A stretch of 33,660 nucleotides of DNA from the IMG/VR virus record IMGVR_UViG_2913167280_000001. One strand, given 5' to 3'. The DNA is from a virus (taxonomy: Duplodnaviria; Heunggongvirae; Uroviricota; Caudoviricetes). Below, one piece after another: positions 1 to 9,102 of the stretch; the first letter of the stretch is position 1, and every line of letters begins with the position of its first letter. Position numbers and translations under genes: made by a program. A model generated the notes under the pieces. That model was not told where the DNA came from. It saw only the letters and a list, made by a program, of their open reading frames with translations, and did no database searches.

Positions 1-132
1 AAAAGTTTGATGCTCAAAGAATTAAACTTCGTAATGAATTACGTGTTCACTCTTGAGACTTGGTATTCATTTATCGTCTTGCGACGTTAAGAATCCGTAT
101 CTTCGAGTGCCCACACAGATTGTCTGATAAAT

Positions 133-145
133 TGTTAAAGAGCAG
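133..145 (-). promoter_or_regulatory. rRNA operon leader boxA antitermination element
   Basis: Minus strand reads TGCTCTTTAACAA, the rrn boxA consensus, downstream of the rrn P2 promoter. The 16S gene is not in the window. Confidence 0.8.
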
Positions 146-183
146 TTGCGACGCGGCTTTCAGCTCAGCGGCGCGGGGTGTGC

Positions 184-211
184 ATAATACGCTTTCCCGC
201 TACAGAGTCAA
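184..211 (-). promoter_or_regulatory. rRNA operon promoter P2
   Basis: Minus strand has -35 TTGACT (206-211) and -10 TATTAT (184-189) with a 16-bp spacer, matching rrn P2 architecture. Confidence 0.8.
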
Positions 212-301
212 GCATTTTTTTGCTTTTCTCTGCCGGAATTCTCAGGAGAATCCCGCTGACCCGGCGGCGTGTTTGCCGTTGTTCCGTGTCAGTGGTGGCG
301 C

Positions 302-352
302 ATTATAGGGAGTTATTCTGAGCTGACAAGAGGAAATTTAAAATAATTTATC
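302..352 (-). promoter_or_regulatory. rRNA operon promoter P1 with upstream AT-rich UP element
   Basis: Minus strand has -35 TTGTCA (324-329) and -10 TATAAT (302-307) with a 16-bp spacer, preceded by an AT-rich tract (AAATTATTTTAAATTTCCTC) typical of the rrn P1 UP element. Confidence 0.85.
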
Positions 353-407
353 GTTCGTTCAATTCTTAAGCAAAACACCTTAAAAACGACCATTTCCGGT
401 TGGAAAT

Positions 408-440
408 TAGACAAAAAGCGAGCCCCGAAGGACTCGCTTG
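408..440 (-). terminator. intrinsic terminator downstream of clpB
   Basis: GC-rich stem of about 9 bp with one mismatch, followed by a T run on the minus strand, directly after the clpB stop at 447-449. Confidence 0.6.
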
Positions 441-446
441 TCTTAT

Positions 447-3020
447 TTACTGGACGGCGACGATCCGGTCTTCATTAACTTCCAGGCGAATAACTTTACC
501 TGGAACCAATTCACCAGACAGTATTTGCTGTGCCAGCGGGTTTTCGATCTGCTGCTGGATAGCACGTTTCAGAGGACGTGCACCATAGACCGGATCGTAA
601 CCGTTCTCGCTCAGCAGTTTCAGCGCCTCGTCAGAAATGTGGATTTCATAACCACGTTCTTCCAGACGTTTGTACAGACGTTTCAACTGAATCTGCGCAA
701 TCGACGCAATGTGCTGTTCACCCAGCGGATGGAAGACCACCACCTCATCAATACGGTTAATAAACTCCGGACGGAAGTTATGGCTTACCACACCGAGCAC
801 CAGCTCTTTCATGTGCGCATAATCCAGTTCACCGAAGCGTTCCTGAATCAAATCGGAACCGAGGTTAGAGGTCATAATGACAACCGTATTACGGAAGTCG
901 ACCGTTCTCCCCTGCCCGTCAGTCAGACGCCCATCATCCAGTACCTGCAACAGAATGTTGAAGACATCCGGATGTGCTTTTTCCACTTCATCCAGCAGGA
1001 TGACGGAATACGGACGACGACGCACCGCTTCGGTCAGGTAGCCACCTTCTTCATAACCGACATATCCCGGAGGCGCACCAACCAGACGAGACACCGAGTG
1101 TTTCTCCATAAACTCGGACATATCGATACGGACCATCGCCTCGTCGCTATCAAACATAAAGTTCGCCAGCGCCTTACAAAGTTCAGTTTTACCCACACCA
1201 GTTGGGCCGAGGAACAGGAATGAACCAATCGGGCGATTTGGATCCGCCAGCCCCGCACGGCTACGACGAATAGCGTTAGATACCGCATCAACCGCTTCGT
1301 TCTGACCAATAACGCGCTGGTGCAGTTCTTGCTCCATACGCAGCAGTTTTTCGCGCTCGCTTTCCATCATGCGAGAAACCGGAATCCCCGTCCAACGCGC
1401 CAGCACTTCAGCAATTTCGGCGTCGGTCACTTTATTACGCAACAGACGCATAGTTTTGCCTTCGAGCTGCGTTGCGGCTTCCAGTTGCTTTTCCAGTTCC
1501 GGGATTTTGCCGTATTGCAGTTCAGACATCCGCGCCAGGTCACCCACACGGCGAGCCTGTTCAATGGCGATTTTCGCCTGCTCCAGTTCCGCTTTAATGG
1601 TCTGTGTACCAGAGAGCGACGCTTTCTCTGCTTTCCACTCTTCTTCTAACTCGGAGTACTGACGTTCTTTGTCGCTCAGTTCTTCGTTGAGCATATCCAG
1701 GCGTTTTTTACTGGCTTCATCAGACTCTTTCATTAACGCCTGTTGTTCCAGTTTGAGCTGGATGATACGACGATCGAGTCGGTCGAGTTCTTCCGGTTTT
1801 GAGTCAATCTGCATACGAATGCTGGATGCTGCTTCATCGATCAGGTCGATGGCTTTATCCGGCAGCTGACGGTCAGCAATGTAGCGATGAGACAATGTCG
1901 CCGCTGCAACAATTGCCGGGTCAGTAATTTGCACATGGTGGTGCAGCTCGTAACGTTCTTTCAGGCCACGCAGAATAGCAATGGTGTCCTCAACAGAAGG
2001 CTCGGCAACAAACACTTTCTGGAAGCGACGTTCCAACGCAGCATCTTTTTCGATGTACTGGCGATATTCGTCCAGCGTCGTAGCACCCACACAGTGCAGT
2101 TCACCACGCGCCAGTGCCGGTTTCAGCATATTCCCGGCGTCCATTGCGCCATCGGCTTTACCTGCGCCGACCATGGTATGTAATTCGTCGATAAACAGGA
2201 TGACGTTGCCTTCCTGTTTGGAGAGATCGTTAAGCACGCCTTTTAAACGTTCTTCAAACTCACCGCGATATTTCGCCCCAGCCACCAGCGCGCCCATATC
2301 CAGCGCCAGTACGCGGCGGCCTTTCAGCCCTTCCGGCACTTCACCATTAATAATACGCTGCGCCAGACCTTCAACGATGGCAGTTTTACCAACACCAGGC
2401 TCACCAATCAGCACCGGGTTATTTTTAGTACGACGTTGCAGTACCTGAATGGTACGGCGAATTTCTTCATCACGACCAATCACCGGATCGAGTTTGCCTT
2501 GTTCGGCTCGTTCGGTAAGGTCGATGGTGTATTTTTTCAAAGCCTGACGTTGGTCTTCAGCTCCTTGATCATTCACGCTTTCACCTCCGCGCATTTGTTC
2601 AATCGCTTGAGTAATGTTGGCGGTAGTCGCCCCTGCTGCTTTCAGGATATCGGCCAGCGTGCCGCGAGACTCAAGTGCCGCCAGAACGAACAGTTCTGAC
2701 GAGATAAAGTTATCACCACGTTTTTGCGCCAGCTTGTCGCAAAGATTAAGAACGCGCACCAGATCCTGTGATGGCTGGACATCGCCACCTGTACCTTCAA
2801 CCTGTGGTAAACGGTTTAATGCCTGAGTGATATCTGTGCGCAACTGGCCAGCATTGATGCCAGCAGATGTTAATAAAGGACTAACCGAACCCCCTTCCTG
2901 ATTCAGCAGGGCGCTCATTAAATGAAGTGGTTCGATGAATTGGTTGTCGTGCCCGAGTGCAAGTGATTGGGCATCGGCAAGAGCAAGCTGGAATTTATTA
3001 GTAAGACGATCCAGACGCAT
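447..3020 (-). CDS. clpB: ClpB disaggregase (AAA+ chaperone), 857 aa
   Basis: Translation begins [18 protein letters not shown] at the ATG at 3018-3020 with a GGAGG Shine-Dalgarno; two Walker A ([16 protein letters not shown]) nucleotide-binding domains. The ORF-track start at 3032 is a non-ATG extension. Confidence 0.97.
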   Translation of the reverse strand: MRLDRLTNKFQLALADAQSLALGHDNQFIEPLHLMSALLNQEGGSVSPLLTSAGINAGQLRTDITQALNRLPQVEGTGGDVQPSQDLVRVLNLCDKLAQKRGDNFISSELFVLAALESRGTLADILKAAGATTANITQAIEQMRGGESVNDQGAEDQRQALKKYTIDLTERAEQGKLDPVIGRDEEIRRTIQVLQRRTKNNPVLIGEPGVGKTAIVEGLAQRIINGEVPEGLKGRRVLALDMGALVAGAKYRGEFEERLKGVLNDLSKQEGNVILFIDELHTMVGAGKADGAMDAGNMLKPALARGELHCVGATTLDEYRQYIEKDAALERRFQKVFVAEPSVEDTIAILRGLKERYELHHHVQITDPAIVAAATLSHRYIADRQLPDKAIDLIDEAASSIRMQIDSKPEELDRLDRRIIQLKLEQQALMKESDEASKKRLDMLNEELSDKERQYSELEEEWKAEKASLSGTQTIKAELEQAKIAIEQARRVGDLARMSELQYGKIPELEKQLEAATQLEGKTMRLLRNKVTDAEIAEVLARWTGIPVSRMMESEREKLLRMEQELHQRVIGQNEAVDAVSNAIRRSRAGLADPNRPIGSFLFLGPTGVGKTELCKALANFMFDSDEAMVRIDMSEFMEKHSVSRLVGAPPGYVGYEEGGYLTEAVRRRPYSVILLDEVEKAHPDVFNILLQVLDDGRLTDGQGRTVDFRNTVVIMTSNLGSDLIQERFGELDYAHMKELVLGVVSHNFRPEFINRIDEVVVFHPLGEQHIASIAQIQLKRLYKRLEERGYEIHISDEALKLLSENGYDPVYGARPLKRAIQQQIENPLAQQILSGELVPGKVIRLEVNEDRIVAVQ

Positions 3021-3058
3021 AACTCCTCCCATAACGGATCAAAGTTGCTACTGGAGAT

Positions 3059-3087
3059 TAAATGAGGTCATCCCTCAATTATTCAAG
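3059..3087 (-). promoter_or_regulatory. sigma-32 heat-shock promoter for clpB
   Basis: Minus strand reads CTTGAA, then a 14-bp spacer, then CCTCATTTA, a close match to the sigma-32 consensus (CTTGAA / CCCCATNTA), about 40 bp upstream of the clpB ATG. Confidence 0.65.
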
Positions 3088-3149
3088 GTTATTGACCAGA
3101 TTAATGTGAAAAGAAAATCACGCGTACCGGATCGTCTTGATTCTTTAGG

Positions 3150-3881
3150 TTATATCAGCCAAATGAAACTTGCCATACGACCGGTGATCTTGTCGCGACG
3201 ATAAGAGAAGAAAGTCTCATTTTCCGTATATGTACAACGGTCGCCGCCGAAAATTTGCTCAACACCAACGCTCGCCAGACGCTGTCGGGCAAGCTGATAA
3301 ATATCCGCCAGATACTTATCACCATGCTGAATGAAAGCTGTACTCGCGTTGGCGTCTACTTCCATAAACGCCTCGCGAACCTCCGGCCCCACTTCAAACG
3401 CGCGTGGACCGATTGCCGGCCCCAACCAGGTAAGAATGTTTTCGGGCTTATCGGCAAAGCAGGAAACCGTCTCTTCCAGCACGCCTGCGCACAGTCCACG
3501 CCAGCCAGCATGGGCAGCCGCGACTTCCGTTCCTGCCCGATTGCAAAACAGCACAGGCAGGCAATCGGCTGTCATTACGGCACAAACCGTGCCGGGTGTG
3601 TTGCTATACGAGGCATCCGCCCGTTTTGAGGTATAAGGTTCGCCAGTAAGCTTAAGCACATCTTTACCGTGTACCTGCTCAAGCCAGACCGGTTTTGAAG
3701 GCAAATTACCCGCAGCAAAAAGCCGCTTGCGATTTTCCTCGACGTGCTCCGGGTTATCACCACAATGAGCACCGAGGTTGAGCGAGTCGTAGGGCGGCAA
3801 GCTCACGCCGCCGACACGGGTAGAGCTACAGGCCGCAACACCTTTTGGCAGCGGCCACTGCGGGACAATCAGCTTACTCAT
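3150..3881 (-). CDS. pgeF: YfiH/PgeF family protein, 243 aa
   Basis: Full-length ORF in the conserved clpB-yfiH-rluD context; 4-nt overlap with the rluD stop. Confidence 0.85.
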   Translation of the reverse strand: MSKLIVPQWPLPKGVAACSSTRVGGVSLPPYDSLNLGAHCGDNPEHVEENRKRLFAAGNLPSKPVWLEQVHGKDVLKLTGEPYTSKRADASYSNTPGTVCAVMTADCLPVLFCNRAGTEVAAAHAGWRGLCAGVLEETVSCFADKPENILTWLGPAIGPRAFEVGPEVREAFMEVDANASTAFIQHGDKYLADIYQLARQRLASVGVEQIFGGDRCTYTENETFFSYRRDKITGRMASFIWLI

Positions 3882-4858
3882 AACCAGTCCACTTCATCCT
3901 TATGCTCTTCGAAATCGGCGCGCATCACCTCAATCAGCTCCACCATATCTTGTGGAATAGGCGCATGCCATTCCATTTCAATGCCGGAGATCGGGTGATA
4001 AAGACGCAGCATGGTTGCATGAAGCGCCTGACGATCAAACTTACGCAGCGTGGAGATAAACGCTTCCGAAGCACCTTTTGGCGGACGCGGACGGCCACCA
4101 TAAACCGGATCGCCCACCAGCGGATGGGTTATATGGGCCATATGCACGCGGATCTGGTGCGTACGTCCAGTTTCCAGACGCAGCCGCAGACGCGTGTGCA
4201 CACGGAAGTGTTCCATAATGCGATAGTGAGTGACCGCCGGTTTGCCCATCGGATGCACCGCCATATGAGTTCGTTTGGTCGGATGGCGACTGATTGGCTC
4301 GTCCACCGTGCCACCAGCAGTCATATGACCAATTGCTACCGCTTCATACTCACGAGTAATTTCACGTCGTTGCAGAGATTCCACCAGGCGCGTCTGGGCT
4401 GGAACGGTTTTTGCCACAACCATGAGGCCAGTGGTGTCTTTATCCAGACGATGGACAATACCCGCACGCGGTACATCGGCAATGGGCGGATAGTAATGAA
4501 GCAACGCATTCAATACCGTGCCATCCGGGTTACCCGCGCCAGGATGTACCACCAGGTCGCGCGGTTTATTAATGACGATAATGTCTTCATCTTCATAGAC
4601 GATATCCAGCGGGATATCCTGCGGTTCAAAACGCGCTTCTTCTTCAATCTCGGCGTTGATGGCCACCAGCTCGCCACCTAATACTTTTTCTTTCGGCTTA
4701 TCACAAACTTTGCCGTTAACCAGCACGCGCTGGTTGAGGATCCATTCTTTTATTCGCGAACGTGAATAATCCGGGAACATTTCGGCTAAAGCCTGATCTA
4801 AGCGTTGACCGAGTTGGTTTTCGGACACTGTTGCAGTGAGTTCTACTCGTTGTGCCAT
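3878..4858 (-). CDS. rluD: 23S rRNA pseudouridine synthase RluD, 326 aa
   Basis: RluA-family catalytic motif HRLDKDTTG preceded by an S4-like N-terminal region; divergent from bamD as in E. coli. Confidence 0.93.
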   Translation of the reverse strand: MAQRVELTATVSENQLGQRLDQALAEMFPDYSRSRIKEWILNQRVLVNGKVCDKPKEKVLGGELVAINAEIEEEARFEPQDIPLDIVYEDEDIIVINKPRDLVVHPGAGNPDGTVLNALLHYYPPIADVPRAGIVHRLDKDTTGLMVVAKTVPAQTRLVESLQRREITREYEAVAIGHMTAGGTVDEPISRHPTKRTHMAVHPMGKPAVTHYRIMEHFRVHTRLRLRLETGRTHQIRVHMAHITHPLVGDPVYGGRPRPPKGASEAFISTLRKFDRQALHATMLRLYHPISGIEMEWHAPIPQDMVELIEVMRADFEEHKDEVDWL

Positions 4859-4992
4859 ATATACTGCTTCTTCGTTTATCGTTGGGGTTTTACGGCTTTG
4901 CCGTTTAATATAGTGTGCTATTGTAGCTGGTCTTAACCGGGAGCAGGAACAGAGAATCTCCCGTATTACATTTTGAGGAAAGTCAAAACGTC

Positions 4993-5730
4993 ATGACGCG
5001 CATGAAATATCTGGTGGCAGCCGCCACACTAAGCCTGTTTTTGGCGGGTTGCTCGGGGTCAAAGGAAGAAGTACCTGATAATCCGCCAAATGAAATTTAC
5101 GCGACTGCACAACAAAAGCTGCAGGACGGTAACTGGAGACAGGCAATAACGCAACTGGAAGCGTTAGATAATCGCTATCCGTTTGGTCCGTATTCGCAGC
5201 AGGTGCAGCTGGATCTCATCTACGCCTACTATAAAAACGCCGATCTGCCGTTAGCACAGGCTGCCATCGATCGTTTTATTCGCCTCAACCCGACCCATCC
5301 GAATATCGATTATGTCATGTACATGCGTGGCCTGACCAATATGGCGCTGGATGACAGTGCGCTGCAAGGGTTCTTTGGCGTTGACCGTAGCGATCGCGAT
5401 CCTCAACATGCTCGAGCTGCGTTTAGTGACTTTTCCAAACTGGTGCGCGGCTATCCAAACAGCCAGTACACCACTGATGCAACCAAACGTCTGGTGTTCC
5501 TGAAAGATCGTCTGGCGAAATATGAATACTCCGTTGCAGAGTACTACACCGAACGTGGCGCATGGGTTGCCGTCGTCAACCGCGTCGAAGGCATGCTGCG
5601 CGACTACCCGGATACCCAGGCTACGCGTGATGCGCTGCCGCTGATGGAAAATGCTTACCGCCAGATGCAGATGAACGCTCAGGCTGAAAAAGTCGCGAAA
5701 ATTATTGCCGCTAACAGCAGCAACACTTAA
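4993..5730 (+). CDS. bamD: outer membrane protein assembly factor BamD (lipoprotein), 245 aa
   Basis: Signal peptide ending in a lipobox (LFLAGCSG); full-length match to remembered E. coli BamD. Confidence 0.95.
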
Positions 5731-5748
5731 CAGGTGTGATATACGCAA

Positions 5749-5777
5749 AACGGCAGCCCTGGAGCTGTCGTTTTTTT
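5749..5777 (+). terminator. intrinsic terminator after bamD
   Basis: Stem AACGGCAGC / GCTGTCGTT followed by a run of 7 T. Confidence 0.7.
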
Positions 5778-5946
5778 ATTCGATTTGAACGCTAACTAAA
5801 GCGATTCAGTCGCGACTGATCCTATCAAATATGGCTCGCTTTGAGACATTCCTCAAGTAAAAAAACACCTCTTCCTGCGATTTCTCACAAAAAAACTTCG
5901 TTGACAAAAAGTGACAAAATTATGAGATTTTCATCACACATTTTGA

Positions 5947-6342
<396 letters not shown>

Positions 6343-6365
6343 TCCTTTATATTGAGTGTATCGCC

Positions 6366-6389
6366 AACGCGCCTTCGGGCGCGTTTTTT
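6366..6389 (+). terminator. intrinsic terminator after raiA
   Basis: Perfect 8-bp stem AACGCGCC / GGCGCGTT with a TTCG loop and a T run. Confidence 0.85.
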
Positions 6390-6465
6390 GTAAAGCTAAC
6401 AAATTGTTTCTATTAGCTTATTTCTTATAAACATCCACAAACTGTCCACATCAGTAATGATATAC

Positions 6466-6490
6466 AAGCCCGCAAAAAAAATGCGGGCTT
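6466..6490. terminator. hairpin downstream of the methyltransferase gene (possible bidirectional terminator)
   Basis: Perfect 9-bp stem AAGCCCGCA / TGCGGGCTT with an A7 loop, 4 nt after the methyltransferase stop; flanking sequence is only moderately T-rich. Confidence 0.4.
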
Positions 6491-6494
6491 TGTC

Positions 6495-7301
6495 TTATGT
6501 AGCCGAAATGGTTGTGGTGATGGTCCCCCGAAGCCGCTGCGCAGCTACCTCAAAATAATGATCACTGGTTTCTATACCAATAAATTTTCGCCCTGCTTTC
6601 AGTGCAGCCACACCCGTTGTCCCTGACCCCATAAAAGGATCAAGGACTGTTCCGCCACTATTCGCAGTTCTGACCAGTTCTGCCATAAGTTCTTCTGGTT
6701 TTCCGGTCGGGTGCATTTTCTTTGATGGGATAACCGGGAACGTCATGCAGCCGTCGAACGGTCCCGAAGGCGATTTATCTAAATGGCCTTTACTGCCCCA
6801 GACGATGTATTCGCACTGATGCCGGAAATACCCCGTATGGGGTGTTCGTGACCCCCTTCCTTTGTTCCACGCAATGATGCCGCGCCATGTGAAACCACTG
6901 GCCTGAAATGCATCAGTTAAAGCTGGCAGTTGTCGCCAGTCAGTAAATACCAGGGCATAACCGCCCGGCCTGACTGCGCGGTGTGCCTGTGCCATCCATA
7001 ATTGTGTCCAGTAAGCCCACGAACGGGCATCCATGTTTTCACCCGCAAACCCATCAAAGCGATGAAGGCTCTCGCCGTTCAGATATTTTGCGTGGCTGCC
7101 CTGGTTGGTGCGTCCGGCCTTGTGTGTCGCGCCCGAACTGTAAGGCGGGTCAGTGATTAAGGCATCAATACTTTCTGGCTCAATCAGCGGCAATATTTCC
7201 AGCGCATTCCCACGACAGAGCGTGGCATTGTCAGTCTGATAAACCTTAGTGTGTTCCGGTGTATGTGCTGGTTGGTGCTGGATTGTGATCCCCACGGTCA
7301 T
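6495..7301 (-). CDS. beta-class DNA methyltransferase (N6-adenine or N4-cytosine), 268 aa
   Basis: DPPY catalytic motif at residues 51-54 lies N-terminal to the AdoMet-binding motif DPFMGSGTT (beta-class order). ATG at 7299-7301 with a GAGGAG Shine-Dalgarno. Confidence 0.85.
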   Translation of the reverse strand: MTVGITIQHQPAHTPEHTKVYQTDNATLCRGNALEILPLIEPESIDALITDPPYSSGATHKAGRTNQGSHAKYLNGESLHRFDGFAGENMDARSWAYWTQLWMAQAHRAVRPGGYALVFTDWRQLPALTDAFQASGFTWRGIIAWNKGRGSRTPHTGYFRHQCEYIVWGSKGHLDKSPSGPFDGCMTFPVIPSKKMHPTGKPEELMAELVRTANSGGTVLDPFMGSGTTGVAALKAGRKFIGIETSDHYFEVAAQRLRGTITTTISAT

Positions 7302-7443
7302 AACTCCTCATGTGTGTGGGGTGCTCGATGGCTCTCGTTATCTGGTTAAGTGTTTTGCAGCGCGGACATTTTATTTCAATGTAGTGAAATGAGGCGCGGG
7401 CAAGTAGTTTGTTGCAATTTTTGCATCGTACATTTTGCGTCAT
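7246..7443 (-). CDS. com: Com-like zinc-finger protein (Mu com family), about 65 aa
   Basis: Sequence MTQNVRCKNCNKLL...IEIKCPRCK carries the Cys4 pattern remembered from Mu Com (RCKNCNKLL...IEIRCPRCK). It overlaps the first 56 nt of the downstream methyltransferase gene. ATG at 7441-7443; the track start at 7452 is GTG. Confidence 0.75.
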   Translation of the reverse strand: MTQNVRCKNCNKLLARASFHYIEIKCPRCKTLNQITRAIEHPTHMRSYDRGDHNPAPTSTYTGTH

Positions 7444-7488
7444 TTGCGGCACCTCTTGTGTGGTTACTGCTGCCGATATGATAACAAA

Positions 7489-7526
7489 TTGATCGCTTTT
7501 ATCGATCGGTTTTATATTATCGATCT
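7489..7526. promoter_or_regulatory. cluster of three GATC (Dam) sites upstream of com
   Basis: GATC at 7491, 7504 and 7522, within 35 bp and 48-82 bp upstream of the com ATG, in the divergent intergenic region. Confidence 0.6.
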
Positions 7527-7982
7527 GTGTTTTCTATTTTGTTCATGGGGCTGTTTGGCCTCACTTGTGCTGTAGTTTTAATGCGGAGGCTTCAAGTGCA
7601 ATATTTAAAGGGAACACCATTACATCAGTCCCGATTTGCAAGTGTCAGGATTACATGTCCTTCAGAGTTTTCCTCTTCAATAGAGGAGTATTTTCAAAAT
7701 AATGGATTTGATATAGGTCGTGTGACTTGCTTCTCTGCGAATGCACCCGATATGCTTAGTGTTATGTTCGAATTGCTCTCACGGGCGAAAAAATTTGCAG
7801 GGGTTATTATGGGGTTGTTAAACAGGAATGATGTTGAAGTTGAGCTACACCTTTGTACCAGAGATGATGAGCCTAAAACTGCAAAGCTCAAATTAAGAAA
7901 CCTCAAAGATGTTGATGCGTGTGAGCGCCTGATTGATAAACTGGCTACTGTGGTAATAACGTCAAAGAAAAATGAAGAATAA
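7527..7982 (+). CDS. hypothetical protein, AT-rich accessory gene (start uncertain)
   Basis: ORF clearly lower in GC than its flanks, divergent from com. The track start is GTG; a GTG at 7596 preceded by GGAGG is another candidate start. No recognisable motif. Confidence 0.5.
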   Translation: MFSILFMGLFGLTCAVVLMRRLQVQYLKGTPLHQSRFASVRITCPSEFSSSIEEYFQNNGFDIGRVTCFSANAPDMLSVMFELLSRAKKFAGVIMGLLNRNDVEVELHLCTRDDEPKTAKLKLRNLKDVDACERLIDKLATVVITSKKNEE

Positions 7983-8014
7983 TCGGTAAGCCAACCACCC
8001 TCTCTGGAAATAAA

Positions 8015-8043
8015 AAGCCCGCGACTAATCCTGCGGGCTTTTT
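8015..8043. terminator. bidirectional intrinsic terminator
   Basis: Perfect 8-bp stem AAGCCCGC / GCGGGCTT flanked by an A5 run upstream and a T5 run downstream, 30 nt after the stop of the 7527-7982 ORF. Confidence 0.75.
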
Positions 8044-8536
8044 GCATTCAGGTTTGCGAGATAGGGTGCCTTATCGACCTTAACCCTGGCAACCGATTGA
8101 CGGGGGATTGCTCCCCCGTCGCGGTTTCCTTACTGCTTACACTGTAAGAACGCCGCAAACTCCGCTCCCCAGAAGCTCATCCGTATCTCACACAGCGAAC
8201 CGTGTAGCATCCAGATGATGAGGATTGCCGTCACGCAGAACGTGATGGCTATAAGCGATTTTTGCGACATAGCACTTGCTCCTTTTTTTGCAAAGGCGCT
8301 AAGCTCTTGCCCGCTTATTGATTACGTTGTGAAACGCCCAGAGTTGAACATAAGGTTTAGTTGGGCCTTTTTACATCTGGCCTTCGTGTTTGCTGTCCAG
8401 CCATCAGTCGAAAGGCGTCCGCGTGAATTCTAGCCTGCTTTTTTTTCTTGCTTCAATACGTTGACTAATTTCAACACTCTGTTGTGCATATCCTGAACGC
8501 AGACATTATTCAGTCACGCATTTGATACATGCTTCC

Positions 8537-8561
8537 GCCGGCGTTCGCGCCGGTTTTTTTT
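8537..8561 (+). terminator. orphan intrinsic terminator inside an ORF-poor region
   Basis: GC stem CCGGCG / CGCCGG followed by 8 T; no convincing protein-coding gene upstream. Confidence 0.55.
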
Positions 8562-8941
8562 CGTCCTGTTGTTGCGTAGATCGTCATGTGCGATCGAGGC
8601 GCGGCATTGATCCTTTTTTCAGTTTAATTTCGACTCTCAATTTTACGCAGGCCGCGCCGCGTCTGGCTTCGTTGTTTGACGATTTTTCTATGCGATCCTT
8701 TCGCGATCGTGTCTCGCCCCACGCAAAGCATGAAAACTCTTTTAATATCATGCGGTTTCGTTGACCCCGCCATTTATGGGATCGTAAAAAACTCTCTGAA
8801 AACTGAAAAAAATTTCAAAGCGTGAAATTTCAGATCTTCGCTTTTCCCTCAGTTGCTGCGCGGGCTGGCTGTCATTTTTGCACGGCAGAAAACTGAAAAA
8901 CTGTTTCGACACAAAACCCGCGGGTTGGAGGGGGTAGCGCG

Positions 8942-8986
8942 GTTTACGTCACCTCACGCTTTACGTCACACCGTTTACGTGGTGTG
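8942..8986. repeat. iteron-like direct repeats and an inverted repeat
   Basis: TTTACGTCAC at 8943-8952 and 8960-8969, TTTACGTGGT at 8974-8983; inverted repeat CACACC-N8-GGTGTG at 8967-8986. Confidence 0.6.
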
Positions 8987-9038
8987 CGCATACAGCGCCG
9001 GAATGGCACGCAGAACGCATTAATCAGGTGGCAGATAT

Positions 9039-9064
9039 GAAAACGCACGACCGGAGCCGTGCGT
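9039..9064 (-). terminator. putative terminator at the end of the tail operon
   Basis: Stem ACGCACG / CGTGCGT followed on the minus strand by 4 T, about 40 nt after the stop of the last tail gene. Confidence 0.4.
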
Positions 9065-9102
9065 TGCGTGATGGGCGTTTATGGGGGTTTTATGCCCGGT
9101 GA

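Noticed and set aside
60-308. 82-aa plus-strand ORF at the left edge
   Set aside because: It lies entirely within the rrn promoter and leader region (P1, P2, boxA on the opposite strand) and has no ribosome-binding site; it is an artefact of the six-frame translation.
438-1223. 261-aa plus-strand ORF
   Set aside because: Antisense shadow of clpB; the clpB frame is strongly supported by AAA+ motifs.
3902-4681. 259-aa plus-strand ORF
   Set aside because: Antisense to rluD, which has a clear pseudouridine synthase motif and conserved context.
6391-6494. Mu-type transposable-phage end (TGTATTGATTCAC...) at the junction
   Set aside because: Despite the Mu-like com module, the junction sequence does not contain the Mu terminal sequence, and no transposase genes are in the window. 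The integration mechanism is left open.
8461-8561. Sigma-70 promoter driving a roughly 65-nt sRNA ending at the orphan terminator
   Set aside because: A good -35 (TTGACT at 8461-8466) exists, but no acceptable -10 hexamer lies at 16-19 bp spacing. The terminator is reported; the promoter and the sRNA are left uncalled.
8215-8764. Two short plus-strand ORFs (72 and 80 aa) in the ORF-poor region
   Set aside because: No ribosome-binding sites; one spans the intrinsic terminator at 8537-8561; the compositions look non-coding.
8942-8986. CRISPR array
   Set aside because: Only three short (10-11 bp) imperfect repeats with irregular spacing; no spacer-repeat periodicity and no cas genes in the window.
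9036-9101. 21-aa plus-strand ORF with an AGGTGG ribosome-binding site
   Set aside because: It overlaps the hairpin read as the minus-strand tail-operon terminator and converges on the spike gene end; too short and unsupported.
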